From positions 11,514 through 75,513 of the IMG/VR virus record IMGVR_UViG_3300037477_000009: DNA of 64,000 bases. One strand, given 5' to 3'. The DNA comes from a virus (lineage: Duplodnaviria > Caudoviricetes). The notes beneath the pieces were generated by a model. It searched no databases, was not told where the DNA came from, and worked only from the letters and a program-made list of their open reading frames with translations. The position numbers were made by a program, and so were the translations under genes. Each line of letters begins with the position of its first letter. Position 1 is the first letter of the stretch. Below are positions 1 through 11,300 of the stretch, in pieces.

Positions 1-303
1 GACCATAAAATCATTTACTCCGAATGCTTTTAATACATCCTTCCTTTTATCCTTGTACCTGGTGGCAAAGGACTCAGGAGTTACACCACTCCAGGCATCA
101 GCAGGTTGCTGCGCTGGTTGTTGTGTCGGTTGTTGAACTTCAGCAGGTTTTTCCACTTGTGCTGTCTCAGCCTGTTGTGGTTGTTGTGCTGGTTGTTCAG
201 CATTTGGGGTTTCTGTTTGTGCTTGCTCAGTTGGCGTATCCTTACCAGCCGCTATCTCAGCAGCAGAAGCATAGCCTGATATCACTACGTTTTCGTCTTG
301 CAT
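1..303 (-). CDS. Partial ORF (runs off window edge), Q/P/A/E-rich N-terminus; probable capsid scaffolding protein
   Basis: ATG at 303, open for 101 codons to position 1 (MQDENVVISGYASAAEIAAGKDTPTEQAQ...); directly downstream of portal; not in supplied ORF track. Confidence 0.55.
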   Translation of the reverse strand, partial: MQDENVVISGYASAAEIAAGKDTPTEQAQTETPNAEQPAQQPQQAETAQVEKPAEVQQPTQQPAQQPADAWSGVTPESFATRYKDKRKDVLKAFGVNDFMV

Positions 304-342
304 AAAGAACTTGTTTTTTATTCAGGGATATAATCTATATCC

Positions 343-395
343 CGAAGGTAAAATGCATTTATAATAAGTCGATCAAAAAACGGGGGCGAAAGTTT
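343..395 (-). promoter_or_regulatory. Late-type promoter A (scaffold/capsid operon)
   Basis: AAACTTTCGCCCCCG-TTT-TTTG-N23-TACCTTCG on minus strand. Confidence 0.55.
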
Positions 396-2707
396 CAGGC
401 CATCTGCATCTGCTGTTCTGGCGCAGCTTGTTGCTGCATCTCAGGCTGCTGCATTCCAGGCTGCATATCCCCAAGCTGTGGTGGCAAGCCTGGCTGCTGT
501 TCACCCATCGGCATACCACTCTCTGCTCCTTTCATTTTCTCCTGGCTGGCTATTTGTTCTTGCGCCATTCCGTATTTTACTTGCAGTTCCATTTCTTTGA
601 TCTTCATCTCCATTTGTTTTTCTTGCAGCATATACTGTGTCTTTAACTGCCACTCCAGTTGTAGCGTTTGCTGCTTGGATTGTTCAGCAGCCTGCGCAGA
701 TTGCATCTGTACCTGTGCATTCTGCTGTTGCATCTGCATGGCCTCTTCCTGTTTGCGCTTCTTATTCTTTTCTATTTTCAGATTCAGTATTTGTTCTTGT
801 TGTTTCAGGTTGCTCACGTTTTCTACAGTGATCGCATCAGTCACATCCAGGTCACCTCTCGCAATACTCTCCTGGATATGTTGCTGTAGCATTAACTTCT
901 GCTCATCAGTTGGTTTATCATCGAGCATGATCCCGAAATGGTGAAGTGCAAAGTCAGGTGACATCTTAAAGAACTGAAGCGTGTTAGTACCGAGTGAGTG
1001 TACATAACCGGATACGTCTCCTTCCTTCACTGCACGTTGCAGTCTGCATACAACTGTTTTCGCCAGTGAGAGTAGCAATTGCTTTTCCGCAAATACGAAT
1101 TGATATAATGAGTTGCTGGTGGCTTCATATGCCATCTTCGCTGGAGTCGTTAATGTTTTTGGATTTGGAGTTGATCCATCTGTCATCTCATTGAAGCCAG
1201 TGGCCTCTCTGATCATGTTGATGTTGTTGGTTAAATCTCCCCATGCCTCCCTGATCGCTTCACCATAATTGGTCTGCACATATTCGATGGATTTATAATT
1301 CACGTTTGTTCCTGCTAGTTCCGCTCTCCTGGTTATCAGTATGCCTGTCTGAAACATCATCTCCACAAGCTGCTTGGGTGTCATAACTGCTCCAGCTTTG
1401 CCATAGGCCACACCTTCCAATGCTGTTAAATCCATTTCGATCAGGAATGGCAGCAACTGATTTCTGATGTTCTGTAATTTCAACCAGGCTATTTGTGTTT
1501 GATCACCAATAGGAATGATATCCTGCATAATTCCTTTGGTTGTCATGTTATCGAAGTAAGTGGTCAGTACATGGAAATTCAGTTTTGACTTTGAGAACGA
1601 TTTGTAATCACGCAATTGATATTCCTCTAAACCCCAATTGTAAATTAAACCTGTATCGAGAATGTATTTTGCATGATACACCATCTCAAACTTTTTACGC
1701 TTATACTTTTCACCATTGGATTCATACGATGCCCTGCCCACTTTTACGTTTCCTCTTTTATCAGTACGCTCTTCAAATACAAATTCGTCAATAGAAATCC
1801 ATTGCAGGTCAAGCACCTTTACCTTGAACAGATCGCCTTCTCTCTCTGATCCGTAACGTGGATTACCATATCTGCCCTGTGATGTGCTAATGATATTTTC
1901 GTATTCTTGCTTGGTGAATTGATCACCTGCTTCCATCTTGAGTTCATTTAATGTCATGTACTGCAACTCACCGAAGTAAAGTGCATCCCTGAAGTCTGGA
2001 TACACACAAGCATTAGAAATTAAGTTGCGCAAGTCACAGTGGCGAAGCCTTATACGTTTGTTGGTATCAATGTAATCACGCACCACAGCAGTTCCATAAT
2101 CGAATGAATCATCCCATACACGATCCCTGATCGCAGCAATGTCATTTTCTTCAAAGACCATCTTCACACCGAGTTCTGCTTCAAGAGCCATAGCGTGTTT
2201 GAAGCCATGTGACTCCATCATTTTTAATTCATCCAAGTCTTTTGGCTCATCATCGTTCATCTGTAGTGCTGGTGAATTGAGTAGTTCAGGATTTGTTTGC
2301 TCTGCTTCCTGGCGCAGCATCAGCTTCGCATAGATCATCGAAACCTTCATGTCGATCTGATCTCTTGCCAGTGCATCAACAGGTGTGGCGATGATGTTGT
2401 AATCTCTTTTCTTCAGCATACCAAGAGCGATGGCTCTGTGTTTCTTTATTACAGGGAGAATGTTGAAATCTATATTGAGGTATGAGGTATCAGTTAATTC
2501 ATCAACACCCATTGTTCTCTTGTACTTGTGATTCGGTTGATTCGCCAGTGCATACTGCCTGATCCTATCGTACTCTTCAGTGTTGCGATAGAACATCTGA
2601 CCAGGTAAGGTATCATTGCTGTACCAGGCTGCTTCGCACCACTGCAAGTGCCACTCTTTATTCTTCAGCGAAGGATCGATGTCGTGCTTTGGGAATGCTC
2701 TTATCAT
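395..2707 (-). CDS. Portal protein (crAss-like podovirus type)
   Basis: 770 aa, adjacent to terminase; helical with Q/M-rich coiled C-terminal tail typical of these portals. Confidence 0.85.
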   Translation of the reverse strand: MIRAFPKHDIDPSLKNKEWHLQWCEAAWYSNDTLPGQMFYRNTEEYDRIRQYALANQPNHKYKRTMGVDELTDTSYLNIDFNILPVIKKHRAIALGMLKKRDYNIIATPVDALARDQIDMKVSMIYAKLMLRQEAEQTNPELLNSPALQMNDDEPKDLDELKMMESHGFKHAMALEAELGVKMVFEENDIAAIRDRVWDDSFDYGTAVVRDYIDTNKRIRLRHCDLRNLISNACVYPDFRDALYFGELQYMTLNELKMEAGDQFTKQEYENIISTSQGRYGNPRYGSEREGDLFKVKVLDLQWISIDEFVFEERTDKRGNVKVGRASYESNGEKYKRKKFEMVYHAKYILDTGLIYNWGLEEYQLRDYKSFSKSKLNFHVLTTYFDNMTTKGIMQDIIPIGDQTQIAWLKLQNIRNQLLPFLIEMDLTALEGVAYGKAGAVMTPKQLVEMMFQTGILITRRAELAGTNVNYKSIEYVQTNYGEAIREAWGDLTNNINMIREATGFNEMTDGSTPNPKTLTTPAKMAYEATSNSLYQFVFAEKQLLLSLAKTVVCRLQRAVKEGDVSGYVHSLGTNTLQFFKMSPDFALHHFGIMLDDKPTDEQKLMLQQHIQESIARGDLDVTDAITVENVSNLKQQEQILNLKIEKNKKRKQEEAMQMQQQNAQVQMQSAQAAEQSKQQTLQLEWQLKTQYMLQEKQMEMKIKEMELQVKYGMAQEQIASQEKMKGAESGMPMGEQQPGLPPQLGDMQPGMQQPEMQQQAAPEQQMQMA

Positions 2708-2708
2708 T

Positions 2709-4727
2709 TTAACTTGCTTTATAGAGTTTGAAAATTGAGTTGATGTCCTTCACTTCATTCATGTTTCTCTTTGCCATCCTATGCATATCAGCCATCAGTG
2801 TCCAGAGCGCAGCCATTGTCAGGTCATACTTCTGCGTGTCTTTAACATCGAAAGCGATCAGGTCATGTATGAGATCAGGGAAAAACATTCTGTCGGAAAA
2901 ATTGATAACATAGTCCTGCATAATTTCCAGGCCAGTGATCTTGTTCTCTTGTGTAGATGGAATACCAGGCTCTTTCTTGCCAGGTATTCTTATCAGGAAT
3001 CTGCTATAGCCACGATCTTTGAAGTAGCGAAGCAGACCAGGCTTGTTATCTTCTACCAACAATGGTGATCCGTAGAAGTGGCACTGCTTGATCATGTCCT
3101 CAAAAAATATGTTTGCTGTTTCAGGTCGTGCCAGGTACTTGCACACAAATGCTTTGTTGTATTCCTGATTCTCACCGAATGGATCATTACGCTTCAGTAC
3201 AAATGATGCAGCGTTACTCCTCCGGTAATCTTCTACAGTATCGTGATCAAATGGATCACACCCTGCTACGAACTGGTATGCATTACCAGGCTCAATGCTG
3301 CTGCCAAAGTGTGGCGAGTTATTTGTTTGCTCCGGTTTATCAAACATCCAGGCTATCTCCCATCTGCCTTTTGTGTTTCTCTGCCACTTTACTTTAGTAT
3401 CACGAATACCATTCTCCCAATAGAAATCACCACGCTCCTTATAATTCTCCATACCACTGAGTTCATCAAGGCGATCATTTAATCGAACTACATTAAAGTG
3501 ACATTGCTGGCTGCTGATCCTGAATGCTTCTTCTTCAGTGAGCGGCTCTTTTCTTATCAGATCATTTAATTCATCAGGCTCATTGATAAAAGATTTTCTA
3601 TCGGCCAGGATCGCAGCAAGTGTTTCCTTCTCTTCTGGATAACCATACACATCATAGTCACCACTGCGAGATGCTGGTATAAAAAATTTATAAAGACCAC
3701 TCTTGGTTGATCCACCTTTTTCTTTTTCAAATTGATTGCTTTGTTTCCATAAGTCTTTAAATCCAAACCGCACACCTATCTCTTCCACTGTTGTGGTCAC
3801 GATCATTTTACCGATCACTCTTCTACGCTGATCCATTAAACAATACTTCACCACCTTGTGCCTGTTAAGTATGTTCACTTCTGTCTTACCACTTTCATCA
3901 AGCAGTAATCGCTTCAGTTTACGACCATCGTATGCTTTCGGTTTGGAATCTTTGAAACCAATAGTTGATCTGAGTTCTTTTATTTTTTCTCTCCTGGTTG
4001 CAAGTTTTCCTTTCTGTGCAGTGCGGAAAAAGGAAAGCAACTCTTTGGGAGCATCTCCCTTAGTTGTGTCATATGTTGGCTTGAAGAAAAATGGTAACGC
4101 TTGAAATGGCGGTATAAGTTTAATCTGGAATACCTCTTGGCTATCGTCTTTATTTTTGGACTGGATTCCTGCGTGAGAATCTGCACAGCGACTGATGCAC
4201 TCTTCAAGTATGCACGTTGCACGATATGTTTTTCCATCACGTCTCTTCCTGATCTCGATCAGGCCAAAACATTTTGGATCGAATACACAATACTGCCAAA
4301 AAATAAAATACTCCCAATCAATGATGCGAAAATCTGGAAGGCCGATGTCCAAATTCCAGTAGTTCAAATAGTAATAATGTAAACCGGATAAATACCGCAT
4401 TTCACTCTTACCATCCTTGCCACGATTGTGAAACCATACACCATAAAGTCTACGATGCCATTCACGTTGTTTTATTTTCAGTAAGTCCTGGTGTACATAA
4501 GTTGGATTATCTTTCTTCATCTCATCCTCTTCTGCTTTCCAATCCTCCAGTTCTATCGGTAGTTCAACCGCTTCCCAATATTGTTCGGCTGCTACATTGC
4601 TGCGCTTGATAATATCAACACGCTTGATCTCACCAGTCTCCACATGGATACCATATCCCACTGGAGGAATCCAGCAAGTCAGTCCTTGTATTACTACAGT
4701 TGATCCACCTTCGATCTTGTTGAACAT
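2709..4727 (-). CDS. terL: Terminase large subunit
   Basis: Walker A-like RKRRDGKT, Walker B LLLDESGK, RNase H-like nuclease motif GCDPFD, C-terminal YDLTMA. Confidence 0.92.
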   Translation of the reverse strand: MFNKIEGGSTVVIQGLTCWIPPVGYGIHVETGEIKRVDIIKRSNVAAEQYWEAVELPIELEDWKAEEDEMKKDNPTYVHQDLLKIKQREWHRRLYGVWFHNRGKDGKSEMRYLSGLHYYYLNYWNLDIGLPDFRIIDWEYFIFWQYCVFDPKCFGLIEIRKRRDGKTYRATCILEECISRCADSHAGIQSKNKDDSQEVFQIKLIPPFQALPFFFKPTYDTTKGDAPKELLSFFRTAQKGKLATRREKIKELRSTIGFKDSKPKAYDGRKLKRLLLDESGKTEVNILNRHKVVKYCLMDQRRRVIGKMIVTTTVEEIGVRFGFKDLWKQSNQFEKEKGGSTKSGLYKFFIPASRSGDYDVYGYPEEKETLAAILADRKSFINEPDELNDLIRKEPLTEEEAFRISSQQCHFNVVRLNDRLDELSGMENYKERGDFYWENGIRDTKVKWQRNTKGRWEIAWMFDKPEQTNNSPHFGSSIEPGNAYQFVAGCDPFDHDTVEDYRRSNAASFVLKRNDPFGENQEYNKAFVCKYLARPETANIFFEDMIKQCHFYGSPLLVEDNKPGLLRYFKDRGYSRFLIRIPGKKEPGIPSTQENKITGLEIMQDYVINFSDRMFFPDLIHDLIAFDVKDTQKYDLTMAALWTLMADMHRMAKRNMNEVKDINSIFKLYKAS

Positions 4728-4753
4728 CTAAAACGATAGCAACTCGCTTTACT

Positions 4754-5377
4754 CTATACACCAGCATAACCTTCAGGTGAAAAATCACTTGTCTCCATTT
4801 TCTTTACCAACTGTTGATCATCGCCAACGAAGCGACTCCAGTTGCGATCAATCCTTTCATTGATATTTTCTTTATCCTCTGACAACTTTGTTTTCACAGA
4901 TACAGCAGCTACCAGGTCTTTATCCTTATCACCTCTTGTGATCGGTAGTAATAGTCGGATCACAAACTCCCAAAAAACTTGTTCATCAGCCTGGATCGCT
5001 GCCCACACTCTTGACTTCACCACTTCTTTCAAAAAGTTTTTGATCAGTAGTACCAGGAACTCACTGTCACATGAGAACAATTGCTCCATCAATCTTTCTT
5101 CTTCCTTGTTCGCTATATCAAAACCAGCAATTGTTGCTGCTGATAACTTGCGAGTATTAAGATCAGGGTAGTCTCTTACCAGTGGACTCTTGGGATCGTA
5201 CATTGCAAACACAAACCGGATCACCCTGTCATCATCAACCAGTTCATCGTTGATCTGTGTCTGTGCAGGGATCAATGCTTGCACTCTGTCGTTCTCCATC
5301 AAATCCTCATCCAATGGATTGAAGAAACATTTTTTAAAATCATTCTTCGTGTACATCAGGATATATTTTATATCCAA
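4754..5377 (-). CDS. Conserved hypothetical protein upstream of terL (possible small terminase)
   Basis: 207-aa helical ORF in operon; function inferred from position only. Confidence 0.5.
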   Translation of the reverse strand: MDIKYILMYTKNDFKKCFFNPLDEDLMENDRVQALIPAQTQINDELVDDDRVIRFVFAMYDPKSPLVRDYPDLNTRKLSAATIAGFDIANKEEERLMEQLFSCDSEFLVLLIKNFLKEVVKSRVWAAIQADEQVFWEFVIRLLLPITRGDKDKDLVAAVSVKTKLSEDKENINERIDRNWSRFVGDDQQLVKKMETSDFSPEGYAGV

Positions 5378-5379
5378 AG

Positions 5380-8300
5380 TTAACGCTCTGCTTTGGTTGT
5401 TATCGTGAACTCATCACCGCCATGCTTTTTCAAATCCTTCTCATGCGCAATTATCTTCAGTTTATTATTGAACTGGTTGATATATGAATCACCTACACCA
5501 AACCACCCAAGTGTATCGATCCAGAATATCAGTTGATGCATATGCTTCTCTTCATCGGTTAACTCCACTCTTTCGGTTTCTGGATGAAGGCCACCTTTCG
5601 TAACCTCATCTATCTTGCCAGTTGTTATCATCCTGCCATTACTCAGAACATCCACTATCTTATTTGGCAGGATCGCATAGAGGCCAGCATCATCCCATAC
5701 ATCCTTATCAGATAGTTTCGGAGAGAAGTACAAGTTTGGAAACTCTTTGATCGTACCACTGGCATACTGCTCTGTTGCTATCAGTCCGTATATCGCATTC
5801 ATTCCTTCCTGGAAACCTGTCTGCGTTAATGTACCCATACCACCAAAGAAGAAGTCACTGAATGTACTGGACATCCACTTCTTCATCTTCTTAGTGGTCT
5901 TGACTTCCTTGCCAGCGATAGTGATCGTTACTTCATCATCATCGTCATCTTCATCCTTGTAACCAAGCATCTTTGCAACAGCGTTTGCTGCCAGCGTAGA
6001 TAACCAGCCAGTCACAAATATTTTTATACCATTAAAAGTAAGCTGCTCTGCTACTGTTGCAGCCAGTGAGAGCGCAGCCTCTTTCGGATGTTCCCAATGA
6101 AGTATCTTCTGCATATCATTTGTCATCCGCACTCTCATGTTCACGTTGAAGGATGAGAACGGCAACATAATATTGGTCATAATTTTTTTCCATCCATTAC
6201 CGGAATCTCTGAGTATGCTACCCAAGTTGCTTGAATCATTCACGTTCTGTGATCTTGATACCATTTGTTCTGCATATGCTGCTGCTTCCTGGTTTGCATT
6301 AAGGTGTTCGGTTTGCCAGTTGACTGTGTCCAGGTTAACACCCTGCTTCTTCAGGCTCTGCATATAATATGCAAGCCAGGATGTGCGAGCAATACTTACG
6401 TCTGCTTTTACAAGTGACTTCATTGTAGCATCATGCATTTTTTCTCCGAGACGTATTGCTGCTTTGTAAACCGACATTGCGTTACCAGCAAGCACTGATC
6501 TGTCGATCTCTCCGGTATCAACCTTCCGTTTGTATCCAGCCTCTGTGCCACCACGAAGGCCAATGCCAAACTGATCAAAGAGTTCCAGCTTGTTGCTCAT
6601 CAAAAGTGCCTTATAGAATAATCCAACATCAGTACCCATATTAAATTGAGTACCTGCTCCTACACTCACATACTGCCATATCCACTGGAGAACAGAGCCA
6701 AGTGACATACGAGTCGCTTTTGCTTGCGCAGCATTAAGTGTTTTAGCAATGCTACTTCCTTGCTCATCCACCATTGGCATACGGCCTCTCTGCAACTGCA
6801 CCATCTTCTTCACCCCATCAAGCACAACATTCCGGTTGTATCTTCCACCAAACAGATCAGCTACTTCAGGATTGGCAATAAATTTTTTGAAGTGAACAAT
6901 CGCTTTGGAAGTTTCTACATCGTAGTTCGTTTCGTAAAATAATTTTGATTGCACGTTATCGAAATCAAGATTCAGCACATTACCCTTTGGCAGATTCTGT
7001 AACCTGACCTTTGCGATCTTCGTGCCAGCAGGTTGACTGCGCACACCTTTACTCATGTACGCTGCTGCAAAATCATCACGATCACGATTCTCTTCAACAC
7101 CTTTCTCACCATTGTAACCTTTGAGTGATGTTGCAGTATAGTTCTCTACGTTTTCCCAAATCCTGTTGTTATAAAGTTCAGTGTTCTCTTGCACCAGGTG
7201 CTTGCGTTTCATAAATGCATTCTGCCAGAACTCAACCAACTTGATGTTATGCGGCTCGATGCGCTTCATGTTCGCTGTTACATCAGCAGGAGTCTTTGCA
7301 TCTTTGAATAGTGTATCAACTACTCGCTGCAATACTATCCCTTCCAGTATATCTTTCTTGAACTGTGGCTCTGATTCACGCAAACGCTTTGCACTTTCTT
7401 CGATCCATCCTTTCCTGCGTTCAAACTCAGCAAGCACTTCTTCTTCTGTACCACCGAAGTTATTCATAACGTCTGCATACACTCCCCTCCGGTATCTGTT
7501 CATTGCAGAGTCAGCGTTCTTCATTCCCTTCTTCAGTTTCTCATACTCCTTGACAGTGTTTATCGTAAGCACTTTTGATTTTGCATGACCACTGTTGATA
7601 TCAAACACACCACTCATGCGCTGGAAGAACGCAGCAGCCTTTGAACTCCTGGTGATAAACTCATGTATCAACTGAGTGCTTGCAAAGTGTTTTACGTTTC
7701 TTAAAAATCTACCACTCAGATCACCGAATGAAACTTTATTATCCTTCCAGTGCTTCTGTGTTTCTTTTATTGCATCATTCACACTTGATATGATGGACAA
7801 CTCACCTGATCCAACAAAGTTTTCATTCACTGCAATATTGTTCATTGCATCAATCACCTTCGCCAGTTCAGTAGCACTTAGTTTTTCCAAGTCCATCCTC
7901 AAGTACCTGTTCATAATTTCCTGCTCTTCTTTTGTAAGATCAGGATTACTGTTACTATACTCCTGTACACCCATCTGTGCATATTCTGCTACAGACCTGA
8001 GTGCATTCATCTTATTAAACCAATCATCTTCCAAGTCCTCTTGTGCTTGCTTGATCTCAGCATCAGTACCTTTCTCCAATGAGTCGATCACCTTCTGCAT
8101 TTCTGCTGCACTCATCAGTGTTGGATTGATCTTACCTGCTGTTACCAGGTCAGCATACATATCAGCAAGCCTTGCAGCAGCAGCTTTGTCTGCTATCTTC
8201 AGTTGCTCGTTAGTATAATTGGTGATCTCAGCCAGGCTGATATTTAAGAACGGATTCTTCACACCACTGCGAGAAACCTTTACACCTTCAGCTACACCAA

Positions 8301-11300
8301 GTATTCTTGCAGCAAGATCATTGTACTGATAGATGTCCTCAACATTGGATGGACTGATGCGCAAGAAATCCTGGATCACCTGGTTAGTTGTTGCGCTATT
8401 GCGATCCTTCCTGTTCTTGATCGTGCTTCTTATTTTTTTCTTGTATGCATTTGCGCCTTGCAAATGTTTATCGTACTCCACATCATCAAGCACCTTCTCC
8501 AGATAGTCAGTATACTTCAGCATACTGTACGGACTTCTTACGTCATTGAGTTTACTCACTACTGTTTTCAGCAGGTTTGCCTTTACAACACCAGTAAATA
8601 CTTTGCGATCCTCCGCATCCTTCAGCATTGCAGTGATCTCTTTGTGTATCTCTTCTTTTACTGCATCAACTTTTTTCGCATTGCTTGCACCTGTTCCTTG
8701 CAGTTGACCTTTTACTTTTGCTCTGATGTCATTAAGTTTCTGCTGGAGAACTGCATCACGAACACCACCACCTTTACTGAATTTAGCCTGGCCGCTTTGT
8801 ACCTGTGCTATTACATCAGCAGTTATATTTATTGAATGCTGCCTTGAGTTGTTGTTGTACACAGTTCGCATAGCATCCATAGCCTCTGCCTTACTTTTAA
8901 ATCTTCCTTGCACCTGCCCATTCATTTTTGCTATCACCCAATTCCTACCATACCCATCAGGCGCAGTTTCGTAAACATTAAGTTTCCCTCCCAACTGAAT
9001 TTCAGTTGTTCCTGTTTCCTGACCAACAAGTTTACTTGCTGCACCACCAAGCATACCTGGCTTGCCTTCTGCTGGCACTCCATAGAAACCTTCCATTCCT
9101 TCTTTGCGTGGCAGTGATGTGCCTTCATCTTCAGTCTGCATTCTTTTCCAAATGCGATCAGTGAGTTTATTTAATTCATCCGTATTATGACTCCTGGATA
9201 GATTACGATCCACTGCTTCAAACAACTCATCTCTTGTCGTTATACGGATACCCTCTTCTTCCAGTCTGTTTGTTCTTAACGCATCTTCATTACCTTCAAA
9301 CGCATCAGCATCTGTCTGTTCATTTATAGCAACTGTCCACTCACCAGGTGCTGGCGATACTTCTATATCTTCTGGCTTTATTTTCCATTCGGCAGCGATA
9401 CGCTTGATATCAGACTCTGTAACTTCACGATCATACCATCCCAAATCTCTGTGCCTTGTGCCTCTTGCAGAGCGTGGTGCTTCCACACCTTCTTTCACCT
9501 TGATCTTATATCCTTTTGGCTTCATCCTGGTATTCCAATGAATTTCTTCTGATCCCCATCTATTGAATTGTTGCGTACCAGTTGTCCATGCAAGTTTATC
9601 TACTCCTTGCTTCACTGCTTCCTTCAGTGCTATCTTTAATGCAAGTTTCACCCAATGAGATGTCTCGGTTACATATGGCGCAGGAACAATTTGCGATGTA
9701 GGCTTTTCATCTTCCCGAAGTTGATTCACAAAGGCAAGCCTTCGATCCCTTGTTTGGTACATCTTATCATGCGCTACCTGCAATTCTTTATTACCAGCCT
9801 TTAGTTCACTGGCAATATTCGTAACCTTGCCTGTTTCTCTTATCTCACGCATCATCTTATTCACTACACCTTCAGCCTTGCGCTCTGCTTTCCACAACTC
9901 TTCAATTTTTTCATTTATCGCTGCTTTCTCTTCGGCTGTCTTTTTTACTTTCGGTTTCAAGAAACCTTCCTTCCTACCTGATTGCGCCCAATCACTTTGC
10001 ACCTCTTCCAGAAACAGAATCTTTTTACCATTGGCATCAGTGCGTGTACTCATGCGCAGGTGAAGCACCAGGTTTGGCTCACCTCTAAAGTGTGGTGGCC
10101 TGTATTGTAATTTATCTCCTTCCTCTTCTTTTTCCATTAGTGCTTTCAACTCTTTGTCCTCTGCCACTGTTCGCCTTGTAGTAGGTATGTTCAATAAATC
10201 CTGCATCCTTGTGCCTTCTTCATTGGTCAGTGATGGCTTCACTGGCAGCGTTACCAGTATCTCCTTATAATCCTCCTTCTCTCCTGGTAATTGATATTGC
10301 GAATAATGTGTATTAGTATCGGTATCATTGATGCTTGCTGGATAGTTAATAGCACCAGTTTCTATTTGCAGTCTTGAATTAATAGCATCTCCATCATCAT
10401 CTATCAATGTAAACCCTGCATCAAACGCAGCAAGTGCTTCTCGTTCATTTTGCACAGATGGCATTTCCAGATCACTCAACTCTTTTTCCTTTATTGTGAT
10501 TGGATTCTCTTTAAGAAATTTTCTTATCTCATCCCTTGTCACACTTCCTTGTTGTGCAGATAACCAGGCAGTGAGTCCAGTCCATTTTGCTTCTTCCTTG
10601 TTGCCAAGTTTTTCCATCCAGTGTTTCACTGGCTGCTTATCAACTTTCGATTCCAGTAATGTTTGTTCAAGTGGTGAATAGAAACCATTCACCACATCAG
10701 CCATGATTGATTTACCTGGTGCTGCTTCACCTTTGCTGAACTTCGCTTGTGACACTGGCTCTCGATACATACTTTCCTTCGTAGAAAAATCTTTATTCTT
10801 TCCTTTGTTCTCTACGAAACCAAACCGCTTATAGAATTCAGTAAGCCTTGCAACAGATGTTCCACCGAAGTCGGTTGATGGAGTTGCAACAATGCGCTTA
10901 TTATTTTCATCAGCATACTCAGTAATATCTTGCATGGCCGCAGTACCAACACCAGTGCCTCTGTCTGATTTAGGAACTTCTATTCTGGACAACGTAAGAT
11001 CGCCTTTATCCAAACTTCCTATTAGATCAACTATGATACCATGCTCTGCTTCCAATGACTTTGAAAACTCAGATGGTGATTCGCCTTTACTATACTTTCC
11101 TTTTGATTCAACCAATGGCTTCCATCCTTCACTTGTTTTTATTTCAATTTTTGCAGGGTTTATAGTTTCTCTGATAAAGTCATCAACATCGGCCTCTGTG
11201 CCAGATACCTCCGATGAAGGAAATCTCAAAAGAACATCACCATATTTTGAACTTTTAGGTTCTTCACTCATCACATATGTTCTTCCACTGACATCCTCTA